The position numbers and the translations under genes are program-made. A stretch of DNA of 63,691 bases, counting the filler, from Octopus bimaculoides (Eukaryota): the NCBI RefSeq assembly GCF_001194135.2. It is 4 parts of 4 records of this genome, joined end to end, with 100 filler letters (N's around TTAATTAATTAA, not from the genome) between each part and the next. Parts side by side here need not be neighbours in the genome. Positions count along the whole stretch, not along the records: positions 41,305 to 63,691 come from NC_069007.1; 3 more parts are not named here. One strand, 5' to 3'. This document shows, in pieces, positions 52,452 through 63,213 of this stretch. The notes beneath the pieces were generated by a model. It ran no database searches, had not been told where the DNA came from, and saw only the letters and a list, made by a program, of their open reading frames with translations. The stretch's first letter is position 1. The number at the start of each line of letters is the position of its first letter.

Positions 52452-52815
52452 TTACCTCTGCCTTAGCGAAGACGGGGTATTGTTTTCAGTTGTATTTGTT
52501 TGTTTGTTTGTCTGTGGACAAGATATCTCAAGAACTGCTGGATGGATTCGGATGAGACTTTCAAGGATGTATGGCCTTGTGACTGGCACAAACTGATTAG
52601 ATTTTGGGATCAATCTGGTACCGGACAAGGATTTTGGATTATTTTCCCATTTTCTTTTACTTAATTTTTGAGAGAGACCAGGTTCATTTTTAGTATTCTC
52701 GTTAGTGAGAACAGTCCAGTTTATTTCAGATATTCTCATTTAAAAAATCATCTCTGGCTAATCGTTGAGAAAACATTTGTGTTGCCTTGGCGGAGGTTAG
52801 CACTCTCTGAGTGCT

Positions 52816-52817
<2 letters not shown>
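52452..52817 (+). mobile_element. Non-autonomous Helentron (HINE-like) element, copy 2
   Basis: Collinear with 47323-47683: tacctctgccttagcgaa...ccttggcggagg...gcactctctgagtgc. Confidence 0.65.
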
Positions 52818-52866
<49 letters not shown>

Positions 52867-53027
52867 TAGTCTTATTTTTATCATGTGCTTTCACTGCACT
52901 ACCAAGCGTAGTTCTGTGTGTCTTGGGTTTGTGTTGTGGTTTGTTGTGGTGCTCTCATTTTTACTGTATTGAGAGTGTTTTATGTAGGATGTGTGTGGTG
53001 CCTGGTAGTGCTATTTTTTGTATGTTA

Positions 53028-53060
<33 letters not shown>

Positions 53061-53317
53061 TAATTAAGGCGTGAACTGGCAGAATCGTTAGCACACCAGG
53101 TAAAATGCTTAGTGGCATTTCGTCCATCTTTACCTTCTGTATTCAAATTCCGCTAAGGTCAGAGTTACCTTTCATCCTTTAGGGGTCAATAAATTAAGTA
53201 CCAGCTGAGTATTGGGGTCAATATAATTGACTAGTCCCCTCCCCACAAATTTCAGGCCTTGTACTTATAGTAGAAAGGCTTATTGTTATTATTATTATTA
53301 TTAGTAGTAGTAGTAAA

Positions 53318-53852
53318 GAGTAAAATGTTCTGAATGACACAACAATGCACTATAATACAAGCAATGGACTATAAAAACTGTTGTAATTTAATCATCCAGA
53401 GTCTATGATATGATATTTCGGAATAAAATTCCTTCTTCTGATATCCTCAGGAATTGATGGAGTTGTTGTATGGTTGTTGAGGCAATTATCACTTGTCATT
53501 TGTAATATCTTCAAAATAACAGTTAAGAGGTGGGGGGGGGGGGTTAACCCCCAATTAACTTCAGATGCAATTAAGGAAATCTCCATCTTTTCAAGAACAG
53601 ATGGTAATTAAGAGGATTTATTTATCAAGAAAGTGACACACAAAAAAAAAAAAATGATGATCAAAAGCCCCAATTAGCATGTGATAAAAAATGCTAAGAA
53701 TAGCAGCGACTCCCTCAATTCCTAGGGATATCTGAAGAAAGAATTTTATTCCAAAATATCATATCAGACTATGGATGATTAAATTACAACAGTTCTTACA
53801 GTCCATTGTTTTTATTATAGTGCATTGTTGTGTCATTCAAAGCATTTTATTC
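53318..53852. mobile_element. MITE with about 140-bp terminal inverted repeats
   Basis: gagtaaaatgttctgaatgacacaacaatgcactataat...gatatcctcaggaattga is mirrored by tcaattcctagggatatc...attatagtgcattgttgtgtcattcaaagcattttattc. The internal segment recurs inverted at about 50985-51200. Confidence 0.78.
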
Positions 53853-53973
53853 TTTACAAACAATACACAATGCTTCAAGCTAACTACAATACTCTCCTAA
53901 TATTATTATCATCATCATCATCATCATTATTCTGCCTTGTGCCAAATTTGAAATCATTATAATAATAATAATG

Positions 53974-54036
<63 letters not shown>

Positions 54037-54615
54037 GTTATTTAGGGTGTGGTGTATTGGCAGAATCCTAAGTACACCATCCAGAATATTTTTCCTGGCA
54101 TTTAGCAATGTCTCTTATTCTTCTGCAAGGTATTAATTAACAATAACCCAGCCATAAACTAAAATGTCCTTGTATTTGTAGCAGAAATTGTTTCAAGCAG
54201 CAAATTGTCGAGAATGGTTAAAGCATCAGATAAAATGCCTTGCAGTATTTGTTCCAGCTCATTGTGACACAGGTGTGGCTGTGTGGTTAAATAGTTTGCT
54301 TTGTATTCATGTGGTTTTAGGTTCAGTCCCACAGCAAGGCTCCATGAGTAAGTGTTTTCTGTTGTTGGCCTGATTTGATTAGATCCTAGTATGTGGTTTG
54401 TAGCCTGGTTCATTAAAGGAGCATTTTTATGAGTATCACTGCATTAGTTAAATCAATATATTGTGCATTAAATACATACATACAGAGGTACTTACATATA
54501 ACTGTATACATATATATATATATATGGGAGAATATACAAAAAATAACAACAGACGAGGACAGGTGGTGTAAATAACAAAAGTATATATTAGTATGACGCT
54601 CGGGAATACGGAAAG

Positions 54616-54652
54616 TCTTTGACGTTTCGAGCTACGCTCTTCAACAGAAAGA
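54616..54652 (-). ncRNA. Hammerhead-like motif in a Penelope-like terminal repeat
   Basis: Minus strand: UCUUU [CUGUUGA] A GAGC-GUA-GCUC [GAAA] CG [UC] AAAGA. 5-bp helix I, 4-bp helix II, A6U core deviation, minimal helix III. Confidence 0.45.
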
Positions 54653-55120
54653 ATACGGAGACAAGGAGAAAAACACGGAGAAAAAAAATTGAATAGTGTT
54701 CAGTCAACGGTCAATCATAATAATGTATATATATATATAATACTGTCTAATGATGTGATGTAATAGGTATGTATTGTAAGCGGTAGGGTTGGTTTACCAC
54801 TAAAACCCTGGCTTGAACTGCAAATGAAACAAAGGTGCTGTTGTAGCCGCCTATCAAAGATGGCTATAAGTGGTTCATCATTGAGTAGGTAGATGTATAT
54901 TAGAAAGAGAGAAGAAACCAACAGAACATGTGGTAAGACTTTAGAATATTTAATTTAAAATTCAAGCATAATTGCAGAGTAATTATAGTAAATAAGGGAT
55001 TAAGAAACAATGCGTAAAGTCTCTTACAGCTGTTTCTAGAGTAGCTGAGCATGTGGAGCATATGTCATGGAGCAAAAATCTTTATATAAGCCAACTATCC
55101 CTTCTTTGGAGAGAAAGAAT

Positions 55121-55589
55121 TAAGCTTTTAGTTACCATATTTCTTTTGAGATATTCTCTGCTTCTTTCAATTAATTTTAGATACAACAAAGAATTTAGTA
55201 AAATAACTTAGTTGTCATTAAACTAGTGTTAGGAACATAAATTGGTGGATGATTTTAATTCAGAACTTTTGAAAACAAGACATTTGTACTACAGAGCCAG
55301 AGGTAGTTTCAACCAAGTTGGTATCAAAAGGGTTAAGAATTGTTTTTCTATTATATATTTTAACCCTTCTGTTACCATGTTTCTGTTGAGATGCACTGTG
55401 TTTCTTTCAATTAATTTTAAATATAACAAAGAATTTAGTAAAATAACTTAGTTATCGTTAAGCTAGTGTTAAGAACATAAATTGTGACTAAGGTTTGGTG
55501 GAAGATTTTAATTCAGAACTTTTGAAAACAAGACATTTGTACTACAGAGCCAGAGGTGGTTTCAGGTGGGTTGGTATAAAAAAGGTTAA
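55121..55589. mobile_element. Two tandem piggyBac-like MITEs (TTAA ends)
   Basis: ttaagctttt...aaaagggttaa (55121-55337) and ttaaccctt...aaaaaggttaa (55360-55589) share an internal sequence of about 180 bp. A different CCCTTTAGCAT/ATGCTAAAGGG MITE lies at 61838-62055. Confidence 0.65.
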
Positions 55590-55703
55590 AGAATATCCCT
55601 AATCAAGGATATTAGTAGTTGTTAATTCATCTGAGATTAAGGAACATCCTTAGTGAAAGATAATAGTGGTTTCTCTTTCTAACACACACACACACGTGTG
55701 TGT

Positions 55704-55739
<36 letters not shown>

Positions 55740-56526
55740 ACCAAGGAGTTTTCATCATGAGTACTCACTTTGGTTTACTAATAAAACTCTGACTTGAATT
55801 GTAACAGAAAAATGTGGTGGTGAGACTGCCTATCTGAGACAGCTGGAAGTGGTTTCTCTTTGAGCAGATAGAGATTCTAAGAGACTCTGTTGGTTTAAAG
55901 ACTAAACTCTAAACTGATGGGGTCTCTGTTTTTATTCTCTAATGAAATTAAATGTTTTTTTCAAGTGATGCTAAATGAATGCTTTGCATTTTTGTTGATG
56001 AAAATAGATTCAATTTTCTTAGCTCATTCAATTTACCCTATCAGTAACGTACCTATAATTTAATCTATCAGTAATGTGGTTGGGAAGCAAGCTTCTAACC
56101 ACACAGTCACACCTATACAAACAGAAGATAAGGAGTTTAGGTCAAGGTAATCCAATTTAATAGTTTGGGTTACCTAATAAACTATATACAAACATATATA
56201 TATATACAACAAGATTTTTGGCTCTCAGTTTCCATCCACCAGATCTTACAAGGCTTCGGTCAGTTTGAGGCTATAGCAGAAGAGACTTTCTCAAGGTGCC
56301 ACACTGCAGGATTGAACCCAGAATCATGTGGTTGGGAAGGAAACTCCTTACTATACAGCCATATCTGCACCTATGCCTATGTTCCACAAATCGAAGCCCT
56401 CCTCTTTATCCATTTCACTGTAGCCTTCCTCTTCCAGGTAAAAAAATCTGTTTAGAATTACCAATTTGTCACTATCATGTTCATTCACACATTCTTTGTG
56501 CCTTTCTGTCTTTGTTTGTTGTCAAG

Positions 56527-56724
56527 GTAACAGCAGATGGCAGTATTGATTGCCAGAACAACCCATCGATGCAAGAATCTATTGTCTCTCAGTTACATTA
56601 CTGTGAGACATTTGCTGCATTGAAACTTCTTGGTAAAGGTGGCTCGTTCGTCATCAAATTCTTCACCATGTTTGAAAACAACACAATTGGATTGATGTAC
56701 CTCTTAGTCAAGTTCTTTGAACAA
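56527..56724 (+). CDS. CMTR2: CMTR2 coding exon 3 (catalytic D and second K)
   Basis: Acceptor gtcaAG|, 198 nt: [72 protein letters not shown] and GGSFVIK are FtsJ/RrmJ-family methyltransferase motifs. Donor CAA|GTTAGT, phase 0. Confidence 0.95.
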
Positions 56725-57309
56725 GTTAGTACTGCTTTTGTTTTTGTTATTTTTTTTTACTTTGTTTATTGTTATTGTTTTTGTTTAGTTTTTTACCCCT
56801 CAGGTCCACCCTGACCCAGTGGACCTATAATCAAAGGTAATCATTCCGTATTTTATTCCACCCTGTCCCAAAGACCTACAATCATTCCCTCTTTTATCAG
56901 GAACTATTTTGTTCAATATTCCCTAAATTTTGAGTCATTAATGTGTGATTTCAATGAGATTTTGCCTGCTATATCTAGCATTTCTAAGCAACCATGTGGA
57001 GGCACCTTGATTTGATGTTGCAGTGTTTAGTTCCAGGTCAGTTCTGATTCAGAAGACCTACAACACTATGTAACACAATTTCCTTGGGTAGCAACTGTTA
57101 TTTCCTATTTGCTTACCCTTAGAAAGTATGAAAAATGGCTGATATTTCCTTCAAATTTTGCTTTTCTTATGATATTTATTCAAACCCCAAAGAATCCCTC
57201 TCAACTCATGGCTATGATGCTCCCCATCTACTCCTGCTCATCATCAGAGATGCAGATATTGTCAGCTGCTAAAGGATATACTTACGTGGTTAAGATCAAG
57301 CAACTGACA

Positions 57310-57735
57310 AGCAAATCTGTGGTGTTAAGCAGAATATTTGCTATAATGATATTTCTGCTTCAGCAACTCGGCACTGAATCTATCTGAAATGTAATGGAAA
57401 ATAGGTCAGTTTCAAAACATTGATGTCCAGGTCAGAAAAGCAAAGTTTGAAGGGAACAATAGTCATTTCCTTTGATTTCTAAATAGAAGCAAATAAGAAA
57501 TAACACTTATTGATCAGAGACATGCAAACCTGTTGTATTGAACAGAAAATTTGCTATAATGATATTTCTGCTTTAGCAACTCAGCACTGAATTTGTCTGA
57601 AATGTAATGGAAAATAGGTCAGTTTGAAAACATTAATGTCCAGGTGAGAAAAGCAAAGTTTGAAGGGAATAGTAGTCATTTCCTTTGATTTCTAGATAAA
57701 AGCAAATAGGAAATAACACTTACTGACCAACAAGT
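57310..57735. repeat. Two-copy tandem duplication, about 213-bp period
   Basis: ttgctataatgatatttctgct at 57338 and 57551; the units are collinear with scattered substitutions. Confidence 0.85.
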
Positions 57736-58659
57736 AAATCTGAAATTTAAAAGAGATAAAAATTTTGTTACACAGTGTAATCAAAGGGTTCCAACCATGA
57801 CTATCCCATCTTTTATTTATACATGGTAAATGTAGAACTAAATTTTCCAATGTGTTGTACTTTGTTATTGTTGTTTAACCGTAGGACAGTACTAATCTAG
57901 AAAATTGTTGAAAGGCAATCTAGCCATGACCATCCCATCTTTTATTCAGTTTATCTAGAACTGCACTATCCTATGTCTCTGTCTGTGATGTTGTGGTTTA
58001 AATCTGTCAGATTTGTTCCTGCAGAGCCAGGATCCACGTGGTGTATCTAGTTGTATGCAGGACTGTTATAGGACAATAGGAGAAGATCAAGGCTCTGAGG
58101 AATACAAGGGGGGATGAGGGTGGGGTGGGAGATTATTTCCAGAGCCTTTGGTAAGGATGCTTGTAGTGATGATGCTGATGGTGATGTTTGATACTGTAGT
58201 TGTGATGATGATGATGATGTTTTGGTGATAAGGCTTCTGATGATAATGTTGTTTGTAATGATAATGCTGATGCTGATGATGTTTATGATGATTATGATGG
58301 TAATGATGATGGTATTGGTGGTGATGATGATGCTGATTTATTTATTTTTTTTTTTTTTGGTAGTGATGATGATGATGATGATAATACAGAATCGTTAGCA
58401 CGCCAAGCAAAATTCTTGGTGGTGTTTTGTCTGTCTTTATGTTCTGAGTTCAAATTCTGCTGAGGTCAATGTTGCATTTCATCCTTTCAGGGTCGATAAA
58501 AAAAGTACCAGTTAAACACTGGGGTTGATGTAATCGACTTACCCCCCTCCCCCACCCCACCTTCTCTGCCAAAATTGCTAGCCTTGTGTCAAAGTTCAAA
58601 ATCAATGTTAAATCAATATTGAAACTAATATCAAATGCCTCTCTATGTCTCTTCCACAG

Positions 58660-58789
58660 GTGAATGTGTTCAAACCAGCCACCAGCAAAGCTGGGAACTC
58701 CGAGGTTTATGTGGTCTGCCTCAACTTCCTCGGACTTAAGGTTTGCCCACAAGAAGATTTTCTCACAAACCTGGAATGTCTCATTTTCA
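58660..58789 (+). CDS. CMTR2: CMTR2 coding exon 4 (catalytic E)
   Basis: Acceptor cttccacAG|. Reads [43 protein letters not shown], containing the [16 protein letters not shown] signature. Donor TTCA|GTAAGG, phase 1, compatible with the next exon. Confidence 0.92.
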
Positions 58790-59112
58790 GTAAGGTTCCC
58801 TTCTATTAAGGTTTTGGATTGTGTTTTTATTATATTCAGGATTGCCTTTAGCTTTTCGGTGGTCCAGGGTTGATGAAATGAAATGGGAATTCTTCCTTTC
58901 CTTCTTGTATAATCAACTTTTGAATGACTTCTGGTGACTTCTTTCACCAATACAATGTCCTTGGAATGTGCGTTTTCAAAACTACAAAGATCATTTCCTG
59001 TTCTTTTAGCTTTTAATTTTTACTTGCTTCAGTCAATTAGTCTGCGGCCATGCTGGGGCACTGCCTTGAGGAATTTTTAGTTGAATGAAAGCAACCCCAG
59101 TACTTACTCTTT

Positions 59113-59487
59113 TACTTGTTTCAGTCATTTGATTGTGGCCATGCTGGAGCACCACCTTTAGTCGAGCAAATCGACCCCAGGACTTATTCTTTGTAAGCTT
59201 AGTACTTATTCTATCGGTCTCTTTTGCCGAACCGCTAAGTTACGGGGACGTAAACACACCAGCATTGGTTGTCAAGCAATGTTGGAGGGACAAACACAGA
59301 CACACAAACATATACACACACATACATATATATATATATACGACGGACTTCTTTTCAGTTTCCGTCTACCAAACCCACTCACAAGGCTTTGGTCGGCCCA
59401 AGGCTATAGTAGAAGACACTTGCCCAAGGTGCCACGCAGTGGGACTGAACCCGGAACCATGTGGTTGGTAAGCAAGCTACTTACCAC
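59113..59487 (-). mobile_element. SINE family A, young near-consensus copy
   Basis: Full-length inverse of 51529-51982 with retained CpGs. More partial copies at about 15921-16060, 30605-30770, 43400-43455, 45245-45358, 56210-56370, 59920-60110, 60345-60505, 62520-62660 and 63330-63530. Confidence 0.88.
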
Positions 59488-60060
59488 AAAAAAAATCTCA
59501 ATAAAAATGCAAAAAGTAACTTATATTAAGAAGTAATATTTATCAATATGGTCGTTTGATGTTACTATTGTTTAACCCCAGGCTGAGCCTCTGCCAGCTA
59601 GTTACTGGTGCAACCTGCACCCTGTAGATATTGCAAGCAAGGGAGCAAACTCCTACTATCTTCCAGCAAATGATGGGATCACAAGACCAAATGGTTCCTG
59701 ATTACTTGTGCCCATCTTCAGTCATAAACACTCGACTGTTAGAAATAGTAGGGATTAGCCTCAGCTTGCAATGTGTAGAAAAATAAGTGACCATCGGTCA
59801 CTGGTCTTACAACAGGCAAAGTAACTAGATAGAAAAATCTCAATAATAGATGAAAGTAGTAACTATACTGAGGAGTAATGTTTGTCACCACATCAATATG
59901 GCTGTTCGATGTTACTACTGCGTTAAACCCCAGTATGGTTTTTCCTTTTTTTTATTTTAAGCCTGCTAAGTTACAGGGAAGTAAACATACCAACACCGGT
60001 TGTCAAGCAGTGGTGGAGGACAAGCACAGACATAAAGACACACCCACACGTATGTGTGTC

Positions 60061-60114
<54 letters not shown>

Positions 60115-60834
60115 AGTGTGGCCGTCGCCAGTACCGCCTGACTGGCCCTTGTGCCGGTGACACGTAAAAGCACTCACTACACTCTCGGAGTGGTTGGCGT
60201 TAGGAAGGGCATCCAGCTGTAGAAACTCTGCCAGATCAGATTGGAGCCTGGTGTAGCCATCTGGCTCGCCAGTCCCCAGTCAAACCGTCCAACCCATGCC
60301 AGAATGGAAAGTGGACATTAAACGATGATGATGATGATATACACATGACAAGCTTCTTTCAGTTTCCATCTACCAAATCAACTCACAAGGCTTTTGTGGC
60401 GCCAGGGATATAGCAGAAGACACTTGCTCAAGGTGTCACGCTGTGTGACTGAACCTGGAACCATGTGGTTGGGAAGCAAGCTTCTTACCACACAGCCATG
60501 CCTGATACTTCCTTTTAGTATGATCATGCTGGGGCACTGCCTTGAAGGGCTTAGTCAAGTCCCTGTGCAGTGACACATAAGAGCACCTGTGTGGAAATGT
60601 GTAAAAGCATCCGTGCCACGTCATGTAAAAGTGTCTATGTGGTGCCATGTAAAAGCATTCAGCACACACTGTAAAGTGGTTGGTGTTAGGAAGGGCATCC
60701 AGTCGTAGAAATCATGCCAAATCAGATTGGAGTCTGGGCTGATAAAATAGATGTCTGTTGATTACTGGGGTTGATGTGTAATTGATAAGTCCATTCCTTC
60801 TAAAATTGCTGGTCTTGTTCCAAAATTTGAATAA

Positions 60835-60891
<57 letters not shown>

Positions 60892-61433
60892 TTCCTCTTT
60901 AAGATGATGAGCTGGCAGAGTTATCAGTATGTTGGGCAAAATGCTTAGTGGCATTTTGTCTGTNNNNNNNNNNGCATTTTGTCTGTCTTTACATTTAGAG
61001 TCCAAATTCCACTGAGATCAACTTTGCCTTTCATGGTTTTTTTTGGGGGGGGGGGGTCAAAATATAAATACCAGTTGAGTACCGGGGTTGACATAGTTGA
61101 CTTACTCCTTCCCCCTAAATTGCTGGCCTTGTGCCAAACTTTGAAATCACTGTTATTGTTATTGTTGTAGTTGTTATTATTCAAGGTAGCAAGCTGGCAG
61201 AATCATTAGCATGCCAGGCAGAATGCTTAGCAGCATTTCGTCCATCTCTACGTTGTGAGTTCAAATTCCACGAAGGTCGACTTTGCCTTTCGTTGTTTTG
61301 GGGTCAATAAAATAAGTACTAGCCAAACACTGGGGCCATTGTAATTGACTTACCTTCTGCCCTAAAATTACAAGCCTTGTACCAAAATGTGAAACCATTA
61401 TTATTTTCCTCTTCACTTTTTATTTCATATCAG

Positions 61434-61702
61434 ATCAATCGACTTTTGATGGTGACATTTGGAACATGTCTTCTGTGCCACCCAGCTTCATTGAAGAACA
61501 CATCAATTGCTGCAGACTCTTCCATAGCTTACAACAGTCAGCAATTCAAAGAAATTTGTCCCTGTTCAAAGAAATTCCCGAAGGTTATCACTATAAACGT
61601 CTGAATGTTCTACGAGACCGTTGCTTCAGGGATTACATGTCACACTACAAGATCTCCCCACTCCAGAATGGTTCCACAGTGGTCAATGCTCATGACAAAT
61701 AT
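61434..61702 (+). CDS. CMTR2: CMTR2 coding exon 5
   Basis: Pyrimidine tract then tatcAG|. Reads (N)QSTFDGDIWNMSSVPPSFIEEHINCCRLFHSLQQSAIQRNLSLFKEIPEGYHYKRLNVLRDRCFRDYMSHYKISPLQNGSTVVNAHDKY, resembling the CMTR2 P-x-SF-x-x-x-H-x-x-CC-x-x-F...Q...I-x-x-N-x-x-LF helix. Donor TAT|GTATGT, phase 0. Confidence 0.88.
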
Positions 61703-62917
61703 GTATGTATATATTAATATTTCAAACTTTCTATTGTTGTTGTTGTTACTACCATTATCCTTGCAGACTCTATCATTGAGTCATAAATAATTTTCCTTTT
61801 TTGGAAGTAAAGAGATTTATCTGCCATTCATATTTATCCCTTTAGCATATAAACTGGCCATATCCGGCCTATATATTCTACCAGTTTTGTGCTCAAACTG
61901 GCCAGATCCAGCCTCTCACACCTACCATATAATGTAATTCTAAAAATAAAGTCACACCATCGAAATTCCAAAACTATGAGATAATGCATGATTAATTCAG
62001 AACAATGTGAATACATAAGCATTACTTTTGACAGAGTAATCTGAATGCTAAAGGGCTCCACCAGGCTTTCTCACCCTAGTTTAATATTAAATTTTGCTCT
62101 CCTAAAATGAATTCAATACGTGATGTTGTGGGAGTTTAAGAATGGAGAAAAATGCCACAGAAACAGCTAAGAAAATATGCAGTGTTTATGGCCGGCAAGT
62201 GCGAAATTGTTTCTCAAAGTTTTGTTCTGGAGATTTGAAACAAGTAAAAGATAAAAGATCGTCATTAGCATCTATAATGATTTTATTTAGGGCTCCTCTG
62301 TGATGTGAGTTGTATTTCAAGGGTTTCCCAAGATTGTGGAACACTGATATACAGACTCTCTCTCTCCCTCTCCCTCTCTGATCTGAGTGAGGGACAGATC
62401 CTTTGGAATCTTGTGGGCTACAAGAAAGAAAAAAAACACAAGCCATACCTGATATAAGTTACACTTCACTCTCTCAAAAAAATATATCAAAAACAAGAAC
62501 AACAAATGAAGGAAGAGCCTACTTTTTTCTGCATGGTTCTGGGTTCAGTCCCACTACAAGGCACCTTGGGAAGTATTTTTCACTATAACCTCTGGACAAC
62601 CAAAGCCTTATGAGTGGATTTGGTAGATGGAATCTGCAAGAAGCCTGTCGTGTGTGTGTGTTGGTGTCTTTTTGTTTTGATATTGCATAATTGTTGTAAA
62701 CAAGTATCTCTGTTATGCACGTGGTGTCTTTTGTTTCCAATTTTCAGTGGTAACAAGGAAATTTTACCTTACTTGGTGAGGGTTGGTGCCAGGGAGAGCA
62801 TCTGGCCATAGCAAACCTGCCTCAACAAATTCCATCCAGCCCATGCGAGCATGGAGAAGTGGACATTAAATGATAATAACGATGATGGTTAGTAATTTTC
62901 ATTTTTTTTCCTTTCAG

Positions 62918-63073
62918 GTCTATGGCAAGACATTTCAATCGATCAACTTCCAGTACAAACACGAGGGATCTTTTGCAGAGAGAATGGATAACCTGAACCT
63001 GTCTTGGCGAGACAGATTAAAGTTGATTGATGTTTCTAAGTATAAGCCTACCAATGATTATGCTTTCGTGATG
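62918..63073 (+). CDS. CMTR2: CMTR2 coding exon 6
   Basis: Acceptor ttttttttcctttcAG|, 156 nt: VYGKTFQSINFQYKHEGSFAERMDNLNLSWRDRLKLIDVSKYKPTNDYAFVM (ER...LSW-x-D motif as recalled from CMTR2). Donor ATG|GTAAGT, phase 0. Confidence 0.82.
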
Positions 63074-63162
63074 GTAAGTCTGCTCTTGAGAAAAATTCCT
63101 TGAGATGTACCCTTCCATGGTTGTTTCATATGTGATGATACAGATGTGTGTCATACTTTTAG

Positions 63163-63213
63163 GCTTACAAGTCAAAATTTCCAGACCGAAATTTACTGCC
63201 AAAAAAAGGAAAG
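63163..63213 (+). CDS. CMTR2: Possible CMTR2 exon 7
   Basis: tactttTAG| 89 nt after the exon 6 donor opens a phase-0 frame AYKSKFPDRNLLPKKGK. Candidate donor AAG|GTTGAC; the frame stays open to about 63297. No recognised motif. Confidence 0.3.

Larger units (their letters stand above)
50761..53280 (+). mobile_element. Co-oriented SINE family B series in CMTR2 intron 2
   Basis: Copies at about 50761-50985, 51290-51500, 51990-52205, 52230-52445 and 53068-53280, most ending in (ATT)n. Further + copies at 58385-58590, 60905-61145 and 61185-61395. Confidence 0.82.

Noticed and set aside
50761-53280. Regularly recurring conserved blocks resembling a CRISPR array
   Set aside because: Units are ~200-bp SINEs with microsatellite tails in eukaryotic intron context; no fixed short repeat-spacer periodicity and no cas genes.
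55017-55050. Half hammerhead (minus strand GAAA-CAGCUG-UA-AGAGAC)
   Set aside because: No CUGANGA element or helix II at the required position; at most a broken remnant.
56296-56526. N-terminal part of the 172-aa ORF 56296-56814
   Set aside because: Upstream of the 56527 acceptor it is SINE and intron sequence; only 56527-56724 is CMTR2 coding.
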